Shown: positions 28,080-36,644 of the stretch, one piece after another
Numbering within the stretch: position 1 is the stretch's first letter
Layout: every line of letters starts with the position of its first letter
Assembly (NCBI GenBank): GCA_031290985.1
Contig: JARLJW010000086.1
Span: 845-64,844 of the forward strand
DNA length: 64,000 nt
Direction: 5' to 3'
From: Verrucomicrobiia bacterium
GTDB taxonomy: Bacteria > Verrucomicrobiota > Verrucomicrobiia > Limisphaerales > UBA11358
Notes under the pieces: generated by a model
Told to the model about the DNA's origin: nothing
Database searches by the model: none
Seen by the model: the letters and a program-made list of their open reading frames with translations, nothing else
Made by a program: the position numbers and the translations under genes

Positions 28080-29084
28080 ATGAAACAATTTCTCCTCTTA
28101 CCCGTCTGGTTGCTGATTGCTTTGGCCGGCGGCGTTTGCGCGCAGACGAATTTCTCCCTGCCAGCGGAGGCACCGGGATCCGTGAAGCTGGCGGATGTGC
28201 GCCTGCGCGATTGCTGCGTGTGGGCGGATACGAATGCCCAGATGTATTACCTCGTGAGTTCCACCGGCCGGCGTGGGCCAAACGGACGGTCGGCGGTCGT
28301 GGAATATACGAGCAAGGATCTGGAGACGTGGGCCGGGCCACGCGTGGTCTTTGAGGTGCCGGAAAATTTCTGGGCACACCGCGGCATCTGGGCGCCGGAG
28401 TTGCACGCGTATAATGGAAAGTTTTACCTGTTCCTCACCTTCAACACGGATGAGTTGCTGCCGGAACAGTGGCGCAATTGGGAACCGCGCGTGAAACGGG
28501 GTTCGCAGATTCTGGTGAGCGATTCGCCGGCGGGGCCGTTCCAGCCGTTCGCGAATCATTCCACGCTGCCCACGGACATGATGACGCTGGACGGGACGTT
28601 CTGGGTGGAGGATGGCGTGCCGTACATGGTGTTCTCGCATGAATGGGTGCAGATCACGGACGGACGGATGGAATTCATCCAATTGAAAGACGATTTGTCA
28701 GACACGGTGGGCGAGCCGAAGTGGATGTTCCAAGCGAGCGACGCGCCGTGGAGCGAGAAATCTAAAACCTCCGGTTGTCACGTGACGGACGGGCCGTACC
28801 TGTACCGCTCCAAAACCGGCAAGCTATTGATGGTGTGGTCGAGCTTTGGCGCGGGCGGATATGAAGTGGGCGTGGCGCGTTCACAATCCGGCAAACTGGC
28901 CGGGCCATGGGTGCAGGAGGCGGAACCGCTCTACGCGAAGGATGGCGGACATCCGATGCTGTTCCGCCGGCTCGATGGCCAACTGATGATGATCTTGCAT
29001 TCGCCAAACCATGCGCCGAATGAGCGGGCACGGCTGTTTGAGATCGAGGATTTGGGAGAGACGTTGCGGGTGAAGAATCACTGA
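28080..29084 (+). CDS. Secreted glycoside hydrolase family 43
   Basis: Signal peptide; LRD, IWAPE, TLDG, TDGP, GGH. Confidence 0.88.
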   Translation: MKQFLLLPVWLLIALAGGVCAQTNFSLPAEAPGSVKLADVRLRDCCVWADTNAQMYYLVSSTGRRGPNGRSAVVEYTSKDLETWAGPRVVFEVPENFWAHRGIWAPELHAYNGKFYLFLTFNTDELLPEQWRNWEPRVKRGSQILVSDSPAGPFQPFANHSTLPTDMMTLDGTFWVEDGVPYMVFSHEWVQITDGRMEFIQLKDDLSDTVGEPKWMFQASDAPWSEKSKTSGCHVTDGPYLYRSKTGKLLMVWSSFGAGGYEVGVARSQSGKLAGPWVQEAEPLYAKDGGHPMLFRRLDGQLMMILHSPNHAPNERARLFEIEDLGETLRVKNH

Positions 29085-29120
29085 AATATTTTAGCCTCGA
29101 CGAGTTAAGCATGGGGCAGT

Positions 29121-29290
29121 GTAGGGGCAGGCATCCTGCCTGCCGTAGAGCCCGGGCTTCCAGCCCGGCGGATAAAACCTCGCGAAAGGCCAGGCACTTT
29201 GGAACGTTCGCAAGTCGCAGGCAAGGCCACGGTTCTTTCCGGGCGGCAAGGATGCCGCCGTCTACGTCAGGCCAGAAGACCTGACGTTAC
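29121..29290. repeat. Composite GTAG-type REP element with paired hairpins at each end
   Basis: GTAGgggcaggcatcctgcctgccGTAGag... and an inverted counterpart; related copy at 41909-41960. Confidence 0.75.
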
Positions 29291-29304
29291 AGCCGTTTCC
29301 CAAC

Positions 29305-29414
29305 GGCGCGCGGGTCTGTGACCCGCAGGAGCTTTGCCTGGCGGATGGCTTTCGGATTGACCGATGGCGACTTGAAAAATTCGGACGTTCCTGCGGGTCA
29401 CAGACCCGCGCGCC
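29305..29414. repeat. REPIN-like element with perfect 26-bp inverted repeats
   Basis: ggcgcgcgggtctgtgacccgcagga at 29305-29330; its reverse complement at 29389-29414. Confidence 0.8.
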
Positions 29415-29461
29415 GGCAGAATCCCTTTGCCGCGTCCGGCGCCACTCCCTAGACTCTGCGC

Positions 29462-30907
29462 GTGTCATCCTGGTTCGACAAACTCGCCGCCAAGCCGCAG
29501 CGCGCCATTCTGCTGCTCGGCTTCGTGCTGCTGCTCGCCGGCAACGCCATCCTGCCGATGACCGACCGCGATGAGGCGCGCTTCTCCGAGGCCTCCCGCG
29601 AGATGATCCAGCGCGGCGATTACATCGTGCCCTGGTTCAACGGCGCGTGGCGCTTCGACAAACCCGTGCTGATCTACTGGTGCCAGATCGCCAGTTACAA
29701 AATTTTTGGCGTGAACGAATTTGCCGCGCGCCTGCCTTCCGCGTTGTTCTGCATCGGCACCGCGCTGCTGCTGGCGCGCTGGGGTCAAAAAGCCGGCGGC
29801 AACAAAACCGCCCTGCTCGCCGGCGCGATGTTCCTCACCGCCCTGCACGTCGCGGTGGTCATTGGCCGCATCGCCACGGCGGACATGGCGATGATCTTTT
29901 TCTGCACCCTCGCCGCCTGGAGCGGCTGGGAGCTGACGCGCCCGGAAAATCCCGCGCGCAAAACCTGGTGGTGGATCTTTTACCTCGCGCTCGCCTTGGG
30001 CTTCCTCGCCAAGGGCCCCGTCGCCTGGCTGCCTTTCGGCGGCATGATCCTGGGCCGCGCCCTGCGCCCCCAGGCCTTCCGCCTGCCGCTGAATGAAACC
30101 ATTGTCGGCCTGTGCGTCGCCGTCGCCTTGGTGGCGCTGTGGGGCGGACCGGCGCTCGCGCAAACCGGCGGACAATTCTGGTCGGTGGGCATGGGCGAAC
30201 ACGTCTTCAACCGCAGCGTTGGCGTCATCAACGGTCACGGGCCCAAAGACACGCTGCAATACCTGGCGCTGCTGCCGCTCTATTTCCTGATCTTCTTCGC
30301 CAGCTTTTTCCCCTGGTCAATCCGGGTGCCAACCGCTTTGCATCGTTGGTGGCCGGACCGCCGCCGCGACGACCTTGGCTGGTTTCTGCTCGTGAATGCG
30401 CTCATCGTCTTCATCGTTTTCTCCCTCGTGAAGACCAAGCTGCCGCACTATACGATGCCCGCGTTCCCACTCATCGCCCTGTGGCTCGCCCGGCAGATTT
30501 CCGGCGAGGCCCAAATCTCCGCGTGGTTCACCCGCTGGCTGGCCCTGATGGTGGCCATCATCCTGGCCGTGACCGTCGGCGGTTTCACGTTCGCACGGAG
30601 CCATGTGCTCACGCAGAATCTTTGGAACGCCACCAAGACCCAAGTCCGCCCGGAAACCAAGGTGGGCTGCTTCGGCTTCATCGAGCCCAGCCTGGTCTGG
30701 AAATTCCGCGCGGTGACCACCAACTACGTCACGCTCGGCACCGTGAATCAGGCCAAAGATTTCCTGACCAACACGCCGCCCTTCATCCTAGTGATCCCCA
30801 CGGAATCGCTGACCAACCTGCCGGATACCAATGGAACGCTCATTTCCGTGAGCGGACTGGATGTGGTGAAATTTAAGAATCGCAATCTTACAGTCATTGT
30901 GCGGTGA
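29462..30907 (+). CDS. GT39/ArnT-like membrane glycosyltransferase
   Basis: DRDEARF.EASREM, FDKP, AARLPS, LAKGP, KLPHY; multiple TM helices. Confidence 0.88.
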   Translation: MSSWFDKLAAKPQRAILLLGFVLLLAGNAILPMTDRDEARFSEASREMIQRGDYIVPWFNGAWRFDKPVLIYWCQIASYKIFGVNEFAARLPSALFCIGTALLLARWGQKAGGNKTALLAGAMFLTALHVAVVIGRIATADMAMIFFCTLAAWSGWELTRPENPARKTWWWIFYLALALGFLAKGPVAWLPFGGMILGRALRPQAFRLPLNETIVGLCVAVALVALWGGPALAQTGGQFWSVGMGEHVFNRSVGVINGHGPKDTLQYLALLPLYFLIFFASFFPWSIRVPTALHRWWPDRRRDDLGWFLLVNALIVFIVFSLVKTKLPHYTMPAFPLIALWLARQISGEAQISAWFTRWLALMVAIILAVTVGGFTFARSHVLTQNLWNATKTQVRPETKVGCFGFIEPSLVWKFRAVTTNYVTLGTVNQAKDFLTNTPPFILVIPTESLTNLPDTNGTLISVSGLDVVKFKNRNLTVIVR

Positions 30908-31014
30908 GTTAACGATGAAATACCTGGGGCTGGTGTCTCACGCCAAGGACGCAAAGGTCGCCAAGGTGGGGCAAAAACAAGCGGGAGCGAAGAAAACTAA
31001 GCGGGGAACAGCCG

Positions 31015-31058
31015 TTGGTCGCGTGTGGGCTTCAAAATTGAGTGCAGTCTGTCGTTTT
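31015..31058. repeat. 44-bp direct repeat, copy 1 (downstream of the Clp-N gene)
   Basis: 36/44 identical to 31581-31624; core AATTGAGTGCAG. Confidence 0.65.
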
Positions 31059-31075
31059 ATCGGGCTACATTGCGC

Positions 31076-31552
31076 TCATTCTTCTCCACACAGTCCGTCA
31101 AGGGTTGAAAAGTCGTAGGAAGGTGGGGCGCTGAGCCTTTTAATCAGCAACTCACGCATCTTCGCTCGATCAATCTTGTGCGCATCGAACATATCCACAG
31201 CAGCACCATTCGTCTCACCGCAGATTGCGAGCAAGACGTGGTCTGTGCCCAAGGATCTGCAAGCAGTCTTGCTGGCCTCCTGCTCGGCGCGCATGAACGC
31301 CGTCATCGCAGATTGCCCGCACAACAGGCCGCGATGCTGGACCATATCTTCAACTCGAAAAGGGTGCGACTGCAAGTGATGCTCGGCAAGTTCAAGTGTG
31401 AGTCCCACGTTCCTCAATACTTCTGCAACGCCCCGATTCACTGCCAACAGTCCATATATCAAGTGCCCACTCGAAAGGCATGCATGACCGAAGCGACTTT
31501 GCGCCGCACTCGCATATTCAATCGCTTGCCGGCACTGTGGGGTGGCTTCCAT
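31076..31552 (-). CDS. Stand-alone Clp N-terminal (double Clp-N) domain protein
   Basis: A..FGH..LSSGHLIYGLL and A.QEA....LGTDHVLLAI repeats. Confidence 0.7.
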   Translation of the reverse strand: MEATPQCRQAIEYASAAQSRFGHACLSSGHLIYGLLAVNRGVAEVLRNVGLTLELAEHHLQSHPFRVEDMVQHRGLLCGQSAMTAFMRAEQEASKTACRSLGTDHVLLAICGETNGAAVDMFDAHKIDRAKMRELLIKRLSAPPSYDFSTLDGLCGEE

Positions 31553-31580
31553 TTTAGGAGATTGCGAAATTAATCAAGGC

Positions 31581-31624
31581 TTGGCCGCGTGTGAGGTTCA
31601 GAATTGAGTGCAGCCCATCCTTTT
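31581..31624. repeat. 44-bp direct repeat, copy 2 (downstream of the FlbD-like gene)
   Basis: ttggccgcgtgtgaggttcagaattgagtgcagcccatcctttt. Confidence 0.65.
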
Positions 31625-31634
31625 GCCAGGCCAC

Positions 31635-31877
31635 TTAGCCATCACCTTTTTTTGGATAAAAATATCGCTCATGGGTGAGCAGATCTTCGGGCGTCCCGGC
31701 CACTTCCAACTTCTCGCCCGAAGTCAGCGTAATGATCGAAGACACCTCCGCCGCATCGCAGGAACCGAACTCGATCTTGAGAATGTGGTCCACGTTTATG
31801 AAAATGGCGTTCTCGTGTTTGCCTTGCAAATCACGGCCAAACACCTTCATGAACTGGATTGTCGAATTGTTTTGCAT
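31635..31877 (-). CDS. Small FlbD-like hypothetical protein
   Basis: FINVDHILKIE...SIITLTSGEKLEVAGTPEDL. Confidence 0.55.
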   Translation of the reverse strand: MQNNSTIQFMKVFGRDLQGKHENAIFINVDHILKIEFGSCDAAEVSSIITLTSGEKLEVAGTPEDLLTHERYFYPKKGDG

Positions 31878-31902
31878 ATCCAAGTCTAACAGATCATGGG
31901 TA

Positions 31903-32154
31903 TCAGGCCGGAGACCAAAATCCTGATCTGACAAGAACATCAACCCGGTGGGCGGCCCAAAAGAAATATCGCAGCTCCGTGTTTGGCGGCGCCTGGCAGT
32001 GGGTCACCGGATTGATGTAGGTCTCGAAGCGAACATGACCGCCGGGCGGGCCTGCGAGTACGGGATGCACCAGCATAAAATATGCGACGAAATAAACAGC
32101 AACGCACGCTGCGGCAATGAGTGCTTTCTTTTTGGCCGATGTTTTCATTTTCAT
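31903..32154 (-). CDS. Small membrane-anchored hypothetical protein
   Basis: Basic N-terminus, one TM helix, FFWAAHRVD..VR..FW tail. Confidence 0.6.
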   Translation of the reverse strand: MKMKTSAKKKALIAAACVAVYFVAYFMLVHPVLAGPPGGHVRFETYINPVTHCQAPPNTELRYFFWAAHRVDVLVRSGFWSPA

Positions 32155-32315
32155 AAGCGTATGAATGAGTTCTAATCGATCATGCCCAGCGGGGTTTGCA
32201 GCCTAGCCTTTGCCCAGTGCAGTTTATCCAGTGCCATGGGAAAGGTGTATTCGGGAGAAAACTGGTTGTCGAGCGGGAAATGGGTGGAGGAGGTTCTCTT
32301 TCTTGAGGTCGGTTA

Positions 32316-32448
32316 CCCACGGTTAAAACCGTGGGCTGCTATCGGTCGTCCTCCGGAGTTCGTCAAAGCCAGCGGCGCGATGGAGGTGAAGGTTTTTCGA
32401 GTGCGGTCAGACGGGCGACGCGCTGCGGCTGGTCTGCGACACAGCCGC
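32316..32448. repeat. Two REP-like hairpins of different families
   Basis: cccacggtt-aa-aaccgtggg (32316-32335) and gcggctg-gtctgcgaca-cagccgc (32425-32448). Confidence 0.55.
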
Positions 32449-32511
32449 CGCCCGTTAAAAGGCGGAGCGGGCCCGTAAGGCAGAGGACGGTCGCTCTTGC
32501 CCAGTTTTCCG

Positions 32512-32536
32512 GTAACAACGGCCTCGTTTCGGGTAA
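32512..32536 (+). promoter_or_regulatory. Putative ECF promoter GTAACAA-N13-GGTAA (sigma gene)
   Basis: Same motif and spacing at 33457-33481. Confidence 0.6.
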
Positions 32537-32547
32537 TTCATGGGGAT

Positions 32548-33300
32548 ATGATAACGCGCATGAGCAGCCAGACGTCCGCCAGCGAGGCGACCCGGGTCTT
32601 TCCGCCGACGCGGTGGTCGCTGGTGCTGGCGGCGACGCGGAAGGAGGCGCCGGAATCGGCGGCGGCGCTGGAGGCCATCTGCCGGGCCTACTGGCATCCG
32701 CTGCACGCGTATGTCCGCCGGTGCGGCCAGTCACCGCATGATGCGCAGGATCTGACGCAGGAATTTTTCCGCCGGCTGCTGGAGAAACGCTGGCTGGCGG
32801 CCGCCGATCCGGTCAAGGGAAAGCTGCGGACGTTCCTGATCGTGGCGCTGAAGAACTTCATGAGCAACGAATGGCGGCGGGCGGGGGCGCAACGCCGCGG
32901 CGGCGGCCAGGCGCATCTGCCGTGTGACACGACCTTCGCCGAAACGCAATCGGCGGCGGCGGGCAGCGCGCTCGCGCCGGATGAGCTCTTTGACCGGCAA
33001 TGGGCGTTGACGATGCTGAACCTGACGGTGGATCGGCTGCGCCTGGAATATGTGGAGGCCGGCAAGCCCGGCGAATTTGACGCGCTCAAGAGCTGCCTGA
33101 TGGCGGCGCGCGGGACAATTGATTATGCGGCGCTGGCGCTCCAGCTCGGGGTGAAGGAAGCCACGGCGCGGGTGGCGGCGCACCGGCTGCGGAAACGGTT
33201 CCGCGAAATCTACCGCGAGGAGATCAGCCGGACGCTGGCGGATGGGGCGGACCTGGAGGAGGAACTGCGGCACCTGGCGGCGGCGCTGGCGAAAGAATAA
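32548..33300 (+). CDS. ECF sigma factor (Ser/Thr-kinase-associated type)
   Basis: FPPTRWSLV, YWHPL.AYVRR, AQDLTQEFF, KLRTFL, HRLRKRFRE; start 32548 or 32560. Confidence 0.92.
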   Translation: MITRMSSQTSASEATRVFPPTRWSLVLAATRKEAPESAAALEAICRAYWHPLHAYVRRCGQSPHDAQDLTQEFFRRLLEKRWLAAADPVKGKLRTFLIVALKNFMSNEWRRAGAQRRGGGQAHLPCDTTFAETQSAAAGSALAPDELFDRQWALTMLNLTVDRLRLEYVEAGKPGEFDALKSCLMAARGTIDYAALALQLGVKEATARVAAHRLRKRFREIYREEISRTLADGADLEEELRHLAAALAKE

Positions 33301-33378
33301 AAAACAGGGGCGTGTTTTGATGAACCATTGCAACATGCCCGGCAGGTCCAACTTGACACGCAGGTTGACAAGCCACGA

Positions 33379-33406
33379 CGGCGCGCGCGGAGCGACGCGC
33401 CCCACC
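33379..33406 (-). repeat. GTAG-family-like REP hairpin (GTGG variant)
   Basis: Reverse strand reads ggtggggcgcgtcgctccgcgcgcgccg. Confidence 0.5.
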
Positions 33407-33456
33407 CGCCAAGCTGTTTGCGAACCATATTATTCCAATAGAAATGCATTCGTCAT

Positions 33457-33481
33457 GTAACAAGCTGGAACTGACCGGTAA
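33457..33481 (+). promoter_or_regulatory. Putative ECF promoter GTAACAA-N13-GGTAA (kinase gene)
   Basis: Ends 9 nt before the kinase ATG. Confidence 0.6.
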
Positions 33482-33490
33482 GTAACGGGT

Positions 33491-36355
33491 ATGAGCAACC
33501 TGATAAAATGTCCGCAGTGCGGCGCGACCCTGCCGGAGAACGCGCCTGCCGGGCTCTGCCCGAACTGCCTCATGGCGTTGAACCTGAAGACGGAGACACT
33601 GTTCACCGACGACGCGCCCGTCACCCAGCAACCGCCGTTGCCGGTGGAACAGATCGCCCCGCATTTTCCGCAACTGGAGATCCTGGAATGCCTCGGGCGC
33701 GGCGGCATGGGCGTGGTGTACAAGGCGCGGCAGAAGACGCTGAACCGTTTCGTGGCGCTGAAGCTGCTCGCGCCGGAACGGGTGGGCGATGCGAAATTCG
33801 CGGAGCGGTTCGCGCGCGAGGCGCAGGCGCTGGCGGCGTTGAACCATCCGAACATCGTCACGATCCACGATTTTGGGCAGGCGGGCGGGTTTTATTTCCT
33901 GCTGATGGAATTTGTGGACGGGTTGAACCTGCGCCAGATTTTGCGCGCGCGGAAGTTCTCGCCGGAGGAGGCGCTGGCCATCGTGCCGCCGCTGTGCGAC
34001 GCGCTGCAGTTCGCCCATGACCGGGGCATCGTGCACCGGGACATCAAGCCGGAGAATCTGCTGCTGGACAAGGCCGGCCGGGTGAAGGTGGCGGACTTTG
34101 GCATCGCCAAAATGCTGGGCACCGATGGCGGCACGGCCACGGGCGCGCCGGAAGCGGCGGGCACGGCGGCGGTGCCCGGATCTACGGCGCTCACGGGCGA
34201 GCAGATCATCGGCACGCCGAACTACAGCGCGCCAGAGCAGAAGACGGATCCGCAGCGGGTGGACAGCCGGGCGGACATTTATTCGCTCGGGGTGGTCTTT
34301 TACGAAATGTTGACGGGCGAACTGCCCGGCAAAAAAATTGCGCCGCCGTCCACCAAGGTGCTGATCGATGTGCGGCTGGATGAGATCGTGTTGCGGGCAC
34401 TGGAGAAAAGGCCCGAACTGCGCTTTCAGCAGGTCAGCGAGGTGAAAACCTGCCTGGAGACGGTGGCGGCGAGTGCGCCCGGGGTTGCGCCCGCTGGTGA
34501 CGAACCCCGCGCCCGCCACGAGCAGGCGGCGACGGTGAACCGGGACGGCGTGGCGGATTCATCCCGGGCGGCAGGTACGCTGGCCTTGTTGTTTGCGGGC
34601 ATGAGCGCTGTTTTGGCAGTGGTGGCCTTCTGTTTCTGGCCGGCCCCACCGGGGGTTTTAGTCATGTCCATTCCCATCACGGCATTGCTGGGAATCATTC
34701 CCGGCATTTACGCGCGTAAACACCACGCCGGCCAACAGGCCATGGCAATCGGCGGAATCACGCTGGGGATCGGGTTGGCGATCTTGACGATGGGCCATCT
34801 TGCTTCCGGAAAATCCAACTACGTCAGCCAGGGAAGTTTTCCGCGGGGTGATGCGATTGAAATCACGTCGGTGGTCCGCACCGCCGAGGCGTTGACGGTC
34901 CGGGGCCATTACCATCTGGTCAGCGCGGACAGCGCGTTGCTGGCGCTGTATATCACTTCAACCAATGTCACCGGCGCACCGGACGGTCCGCGGCAGACCC
35001 GGCGAATCTCCAAAGGACACGGCGATTTTGAACTGATCCACCCGAATCCCGTTCCCGGGATGCCGCACGTGAGCATGTATGACGCGGACGGCCAGCCGTT
35101 CGCCGAACTCTATTTTGGGACCAAGGCGCAGGCCAACGGCGTCACCGGATTTGCGGAAAAGAATTTCGCCGCGAATTATTTTGGCAGCGACCGGCCCGCC
35201 GTCAGCCAGACCCGCAACGCGACGCAACTTGTCCAGGAAGGCTGGCAGCTTTGGCAGCAGCGACAACTGGCCGGGGCGGAAGAGAAATTTAAACAAGCGG
35301 TTGAGATCTCGCCCACCAATGCGGATGCCTGGAGCGGGCTGGGCTGGGCACAGTTCAACGCCGGCAAGAATGACGACGCGAAAAAGGCGTTTCAACAAGC
35401 CGTGGCGATCAGCATGAACCAGCCGGCGGCCTTGAACGGGCTGGGACAAATTTACCTGACGGAGGGGAAATACGAGGACGCGGAAAATTTTCTGCTCCGG
35501 GCCGCGCCGCAGGCACCGGCGGCATGGTTCGGGCTGGCGCGGCTTTATCTGCTCGAGGGGAAATTTGAGCCGGCGGAACGCTGGGCGCAACAAGTCGTGG
35601 ATTCCGGCCAGGGCGACGCCATCGCCCAAAAAATGCTGGAGGCGGCCAAGGCAAAACAGTTGAGCGAGGGCTTGCGGATGATGATCGCGCCGCCACCGGC
35701 AAAGGCGTCCAGCCCGGCACCGGTGCCGGGTGGAACGGTGATCCATTTGCCGGAGGCGGGCACGTCGGGAGCAACCCCGGTCGTAATCAAGGCCGAGAGC
35801 ATGACCTATGATCCGGTACACCAGACCATGACGCTGAGAGGCAATCCGGTGGAAATCACCTCATCGAACCTCACCCTTGACGAGCAGACGTCTCCATTCC
35901 GAGCGGATCTCACCCTTGACGCGCGAACGTCTCCATTCGGGGACAAGGCGAAGGCGCTTTCGCCATTTACCGCGGTGCATTTCGATACCAACGACATCAA
36001 CAAGGTCGTGGTGGTTTACAACGGCTACGAATACCGACTGGCGGACATTGATGATTTGCCGGTGGCGGACATCCTTGATTTTTGCCGCCGGCAATACGGA
36101 AAACCGCCATTGGAAGAAGGTTGGGCGCAAAAACGGTTTGCCGAAGATCTGGTAATTGTCCTGTCCGACATGAAGCATCCGGTCAATCCCGACAACACCG
36201 TGAAGTTGACGCTGATTGACCAGCAAACCGGCCATGGAAAAATCTTCTACCATGCGCAGATGACCAAAGAAAATCGTGACGCAATTCTGCAAGACCGCAC
36301 TTTGGATAATTCCAATCTCCTGCGATCGCTGCCACAGGCGGGAGGGGAAAAGTAG
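33491..36355 (+). CDS. Membrane Ser/Thr protein kinase with extracytoplasmic TPR and other modules
   Basis: CPQC..CPNC zinc finger, GRGGMG, VALK, HRDIKPEN, DFG, ADIYSLG; two TM helices; TPRs. Confidence 0.93.
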   Translation: MSNLIKCPQCGATLPENAPAGLCPNCLMALNLKTETLFTDDAPVTQQPPLPVEQIAPHFPQLEILECLGRGGMGVVYKARQKTLNRFVALKLLAPERVGDAKFAERFAREAQALAALNHPNIVTIHDFGQAGGFYFLLMEFVDGLNLRQILRARKFSPEEALAIVPPLCDALQFAHDRGIVHRDIKPENLLLDKAGRVKVADFGIAKMLGTDGGTATGAPEAAGTAAVPGSTALTGEQIIGTPNYSAPEQKTDPQRVDSRADIYSLGVVFYEMLTGELPGKKIAPPSTKVLIDVRLDEIVLRALEKRPELRFQQVSEVKTCLETVAASAPGVAPAGDEPRARHEQAATVNRDGVADSSRAAGTLALLFAGMSAVLAVVAFCFWPAPPGVLVMSIPITALLGIIPGIYARKHHAGQQAMAIGGITLGIGLAILTMGHLASGKSNYVSQGSFPRGDAIEITSVVRTAEALTVRGHYHLVSADSALLALYITSTNVTGAPDGPRQTRRISKGHGDFELIHPNPVPGMPHVSMYDADGQPFAELYFGTKAQANGVTGFAEKNFAANYFGSDRPAVSQTRNATQLVQEGWQLWQQRQLAGAEEKFKQAVEISPTNADAWSGLGWAQFNAGKNDDAKKAFQQAVAISMNQPAALNGLGQIYLTEGKYEDAENFLLRAAPQAPAAWFGLARLYLLEGKFEPAERWAQQVVDSGQGDAIAQKMLEAAKAKQLSEGLRMMIAPPPAKASSPAPVPGGTVIHLPEAGTSGATPVVIKAESMTYDPVHQTMTLRGNPVEITSSNLTLDEQTSPFRADLTLDARTSPFGDKAKALSPFTAVHFDTNDINKVVVVYNGYEYRLADIDDLPVADILDFCRRQYGKPPLEEGWAQKRFAEDLVIVLSDMKHPVNPDNTVKLTLIDQQTGHGKIFYHAQMTKENRDAILQDRTLDNSNLLRSLPQAGGEK

Positions 36356-36456
36356 TTTGAGTTTTTAGTGTTAAATTTTTAGTTGGAGGTCTCGCTGAGG
36401 CAATAACGAGCCTCAACGCGGGTGAAAGCTCCTTGAATAATTGGTTTTACGCTCGC

Positions 36457-36555
36457 CCTCACCCCGGCCCTCTCCCCCAGGGAGAGGGAGAAATGGTTGC
36501 CGCGTCCTGGCGAAAAGGTGGCGTCTTGGTTCATGGGTTCCATGGGTTCCATGGG
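36457..36555. repeat. CCCTCTCCC/GGGAGAGGG hairpin plus a 9-bp GGTTCCATG tandem
   Basis: ccctcaccccggccctctccccagggagaggga; ggttcatgggttccatgggttccatggg. Confidence 0.65.
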
Positions 36556-36644
36556 CGATTGTTTCGGGGAAATCATGCGAACGGGCACCATGGCCGAAGA
36601 CAGCACCATGACTTAAGACTTTCGGCAAGCTCGTGGTGCCCCGA

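Noticed and set aside
31883-31889. GTTAGAC on the minus strand as a possible attC core
   Set aside because: No matching RYYYAAC inverse core or attC-like stem upstream.
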